A DNA stretch of 32,000 nt from Candidatus Saccharimonadota bacterium (lineage in GTDB: Bacteria > Patescibacteriota > Saccharimonadia > Saccharimonadales > UBA4665), in contig CP064992.1 of assembly GCA_016699935.1 (NCBI GenBank), positions 630,001-662,000 on the forward strand, read 5' to 3'. Position 1 is the first letter of the stretch, and the number at the start of each line of letters is the position of its first letter. Below the pieces are notes generated by a model. The model was not told where the DNA came from and did no database searches. It saw only the letters and a program-made list of their open reading frames with translations. This document shows positions 28,669-32,000 of the stretch, one piece after another. Both the position numbers and the translations under genes were made by a program.

Positions 28669-29295
28669 CTAAAGTATGGCATATCCTTCGATAAAGGCAC
28701 CGGAAAACATCAGGACAAGTCCACACACAAGCACACCACATTCGGACTTCGAAAGCCGAATTTTCGAGACATTTCGTACCCTGGTTTCTTTATCGTTGGT
28801 CTGTACAATGGCAATATGAGCAACGGCACACGCTATAAAGATCTGCCCCAAAATTTCCCATAATGCAGCTCTGTGGAAGATGGCAAAAACGCCAGTGATT
28901 CTTTCTGTGAAATGAGGTGCCAAAGTAGTTGCGGAGCTAAAAGACCATGTGCCAAGTACAACACCATCAAGACACATCAGGATTAACACCACTAAGTATC
29001 CAACAGAATAATAATGAGTATGAGACTGTTTTTTCTTGGCAAATAAACTTGCAGCTACAATTACGATCACCGACGTAAGATTGTATGTAAAAATTTGTAA
29101 ACCAAGAAGCGCTGGGTTATCTGTTGCCATCATATCTTGCAGAGGATTATTTTTTCTAAAAGAACCTTCGGGCAATAGGGCATATCCCGCAGTCGCGGCT
29201 AGCAAAAACACAGATAAAAATAGGGGTAGGGCACAACTCAATCTTGTTAATACGTCTGGGCTAGACAGTTTTCGCCGCCACATATCCATAAGCAC
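28669..29295 (-). CDS. polytopic membrane protein, possibly SpoIIM/DUF95-like
   Basis: The 208-aa product has about 5-6 hydrophobic helices. The segments HRAALWEILGQIFIACAV and GAFIEG are reminiscent of the SpoIIM family. This is a weak call. Confidence 0.45.
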   Translation of the reverse strand: MLMDMWRRKLSSPDVLTRLSCALPLFLSVFLLAATAGYALLPEGSFRKNNPLQDMMATDNPALLGLQIFTYNLTSVIVIVAASLFAKKKQSHTHYYSVGYLVVLILMCLDGVVLGTWSFSSATTLAPHFTERITGVFAIFHRAALWEILGQIFIACAVAHIAIVQTNDKETRVRNVSKIRLSKSECGVLVCGLVLMFSGAFIEGYAIL

Positions 29296-29340
29296 ATTGT
29301 AGCACCAAAGAGTTTGTGTGCGGCTCCTTTTCAGTGGTCG

Positions 29341-31334
29341 CTAGAGCAGGTTTACGGGGTCAAGGTCGTGGGTCCAGCCACTCCGGGGGAGGGTTTGGGC
29401 TATATCGACGAGAACCTGGCGCTGGGGACTTTTCACTATGAGCTGCCATTTGTATTTGCCTCCCTCACGGGGATGAAACGCGGGTGACGGACCTTCTGCG
29501 GTTAACCTGGGATGGCTTTTTTCTATCTGTTCTTTTAACTTCATTGCCGTTTTCTCGGCAGAGGTGCTTGTGGCACGCAGGCAGGTGAGCTTGAGTAGAT
29601 ATGTGAACGGAGGGAACTGAAAAGCGCGGCGCTCAGCTAGCTCTCGTTCGTAAAAGTCAATCCAGTTACGTTCGGTCGCAGCCACAATGGTCGGATGTGT
29701 TGGGTTATATGTTTGTATGATGATGGTGCCAGCTCTATGGCCGCGACCGGCGCGACCAATAACCTGGGTGAGGAGCTGAAACGTACGCTCGCTGGCGGTG
29801 TAGTCGGGGATGAGCAGGCTATTATCGGCGCTCAAAATTCCAACCACGGATAGGTTTGGCAGATCAAGACCCTTCGTTATCATTTGCGTGCCGACGATGA
29901 TGTCGACGCTGCCATTTTTGAGGGCTGCGAGCTGGTTTTCTAGCTGCTCTGCTTTGGAAGCATCGGTGTCAAACCGCATGACCCGGGCGTGTGGGAAAAG
30001 GCGTTTTATTTCTTCCACTACGGCTTTGGTACCAATGGTTTTGAGAATGATATCTGTCTCGCTGCAATCAGGACAACTACTCGGCAGTGGTTGTGTGCGG
30101 CCACATATATGACAGCGAACGCAGTGCGTATCACCGTGATAGGTCATGGCAAGGTCACAATGTGAGCACAATGCTTGCCAGCCGCAGCGGCTACACAGTA
30201 TGGCGCTGGCGGTACCTCGACGGTTGAGGAAGAGTAGGCTTTGCTGGTGGCTACCAAGAGCGGACCGAACGGCCGCAACAAGCGGGGTGGTGAGTATGCT
30301 GCTACGGGTCAGATTGCCATTGTCGCGCAAGTCGACAGTTTTGATGCTGACCTCAGCCGTACTAGTGACCGCCAGTGACTGGAGGGTAATAATTGGGCGC
30401 TTTTTTGCGCCTAAGAAGTAGTATTCTTCGATGCTGGGTGTGGCTGTGCCACTCACAAGACACGCACCATGCAGCTGAGCTAACTTTGCGGCAACGCGTT
30501 CAGTTCGGTAGTGGGGTGAGGAATCACTTTTGTACGCTTGGTCATGCGACTCATCTATAACAATGAGTCCAAGCTGTTGGACCGGTGCAAAAAGAGGGCT
30601 GAGCGTGGGCCGATGATTAAACATGGTGTTTGCTAGAGATGATTTCATACCAAATATCTCGGCGAGCTGCCGCGGTTAGCCGTGAGTGAAACACAAAAGA
30701 CTTTCTCGGTGAACACCGCCGTAAAAACTATCGGTGAGCTGTGCGGTGAGCCCGATTTCGGGCGTGAGAATGATGGTCGATTTATTTGCCGCGAGGGCGC
30801 GGCGCGTGAGCTCTATATATATGCGTGTCTTGCCACTGCCGGTGATGCCATGTAGCAGGTGGTAACCGACTGGCTGGATGGCTGAAAGTGCTGCTGATTG
30901 CTCGGACGTTAACGGTGGTAGTGGGGATTGAGGGTGGTGGATGGTGGATGGCATGGAAGGGGCAGTTGCTGTTCGCGTATTTTGGATTTGGAGTTTGGAA
31001 TTTATGTGGTCATCACCGCTTTTCTTGGGAAAAGCAGTTGTGGGTGGCAAGAACTGTCGAACAACACTACCAAAAGGAGCTGGATAGTACCCATACAACC
31101 AATCAATAAGGCTTAGCAGTTCACTAGGAGCGGCGGTGCGGGTGCGATGGCAGATATGCTTTTCGCCGAAAAACTAGGTTCCATCACCTCACGCAGTACA
31201 ATACCGAGTACACTCCGACTACGCAGCGCAATTCTTACAACGGAACCAGGCAATAGTGTAGATTCCGATGAATATGTCAGGGCGCTTTTGCCGTGGTACT
31301 GCAAGTCTCCGACTAGCACCTCGTAGTAATACAT
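29341..31334 (-). pseudogene. priA: primosomal protein N' (PriA helicase), split into three ORFs by frameshifts
   Basis: The N-terminal 3'-DNA-binding part is MYYYEVLVGDLQYHGKSALTYSS... (ORF 31113-31415). Walker A is LLHGITGSGKT (ORF 30676-31098). DEAH-like VIDESHD, the Cys-rich zinc region CSRCGWQALCSHCDLAMTYH...CHICG...CPDC and the helicase C-domain are in ORF 29341-30648. Confidence 0.85.
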
Positions 31335-31433
31335 AGCATCGATTATAGATGACCACCCATCGATAATCGAATTAAACCACCAAATCCTAGAGCTTGAAAA
31401 AATCCGCTCATACACATTAATTCAAAAATGATG

Positions 31434-31462
31434 TTGAAATGCAGCTCAAACGTTGTTATTAT
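31434..31462 (+). promoter_or_regulatory. promoter candidate for the wHTH regulator gene
   Basis: TTGAAA (31434-31439), a 17-nt spacer, then TATTAT (31457-31462). Confidence 0.45.
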
Positions 31463-31524
31463 GAGATGCAGTACGTTGTCGTAACGACAATAAAAGGCTT
31501 ATAGTAAAAGGTAGGGGTACAAGC

Positions 31525-31812
31525 ATGTTAGACGTTTTCATCACTAGCCGAGTTCGCCGCAAGATTATCGTTATCTATGCCAAATATCCAGATTTTAAAA
31601 CCCACGTGCGTGGTCTGGCTAAGCTCATCAAAGAAGACGCCGGCAATATCCAGCGCGAACTGAAGCGCCTTGAGAAAGCGGGCTTCCTGATAAGCGAAAA
31701 ACAGGGCAATACCAAGATTTATCACACGAACAAGCAATTCATCATCTTCAAAGAACTTCAAAGCATTGTCCTCAAAAGCCAACGCACCCAGCAAAAACGC
31801 CACGTCTCATAA
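31525..31812 (+). CDS. small winged-helix transcriptional regulator (ArsR/MarR-like)
   Basis: The 95-aa product contains a recognition helix and wing pattern, LAKLIKEDAGNIQRELKRLEKAGFLISEKQGNTKIY. Confidence 0.6.
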   Translation: MLDVFITSRVRRKIIVIYAKYPDFKTHVRGLAKLIKEDAGNIQRELKRLEKAGFLISEKQGNTKIYHTNKQFIIFKELQSIVLKSQRTQQKRHVS

Positions 31813-31959
31813 GAGAGATAAGGGTTAAGAGATACGAGTTAAGATCAGAAACTCGGGTCTGTCATGTATAGTTGGTCTACGAGCCGGGTGATACATGGTG
31901 AATTTTCTTGTCTCTCATCTCTTGTCTCTTATCTCTGTTCCTGCTATACTCCTACGGTT

Positions 31960-32000
31960 ATGATAGAAGTGACACGAAAAGACGGGAAAGAAAGTGCCGA
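31960..32000 (+). CDS. rpsU: possible 30S ribosomal protein S21, N-terminal fragment (runs off the window)
   Basis: MIEVTRKDGKESA resembles the S21 N-terminus pattern (x-V-x-V-R-K-N-E-S). Only 13 codons are visible. Confidence 0.35.
   Translation, partial: MIEVTRKDGKESA

Overview
This 32-kb window looks like a small-genome Patescibacteria/CPR bacterium, probably Saccharibacteria (TM7)-like. That lineage call is an inference from 16S signatures, including U at E. coli position 912, and from gene content. No database search was possible. From 5' to 3' the window contains: (1) three tightly packed genes with no recognisable motif (8-1089). (2) An rRNA locus (1129-10660) in which 16S and 23S-5S are 3.4 kb apart. 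The spacer holds a minus-strand GNAT acetyltransferase, an IS481-like insertion sequence with terminal inverted repeats, tRNA-Ala(UGC), tRNA-Ile(GAU) and decayed halves of both tRNAs. The 23S is about 3.7 kb because of five ORF-free insertions. Two of these are paralogous 153-nt elements with terminal inverted repeats. A separate two-hairpin module of about 70 nt occurs three times across the locus. (3) A type IV pilin-like minor-pilin operon (10907-14643). (4) A four- or five-gene cell-surface cluster (14874-20446) whose architecture resembles the Csc/WxL clusters of Firmicutes. It includes a protein of about 820 aa built from six copies of an unfamiliar ~100-aa module. (5) Housekeeping genes: a KGG stress protein, an HExxH/zinc-ribbon protein, a ROK kinase, rpsA, infB, a DUF5663-like gene, tRNA-Ala(CGC), def-fmt, a SpoIIM-like membrane protein, priA, a small wHTH regulator and the start of rpsU. 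There are also two ORF-free regions of about 500 bp (20887-21366 and 26447-26954). A major caveat applies throughout. At least a dozen genes, including essential ones, are interrupted by single-base frameshifts, and every shift I could localise to the base lies at a homopolymer run. Sequencing or assembly indel error is therefore more likely than real pseudogenisation, and every 'pseudogene' label below should be read with that in mind.
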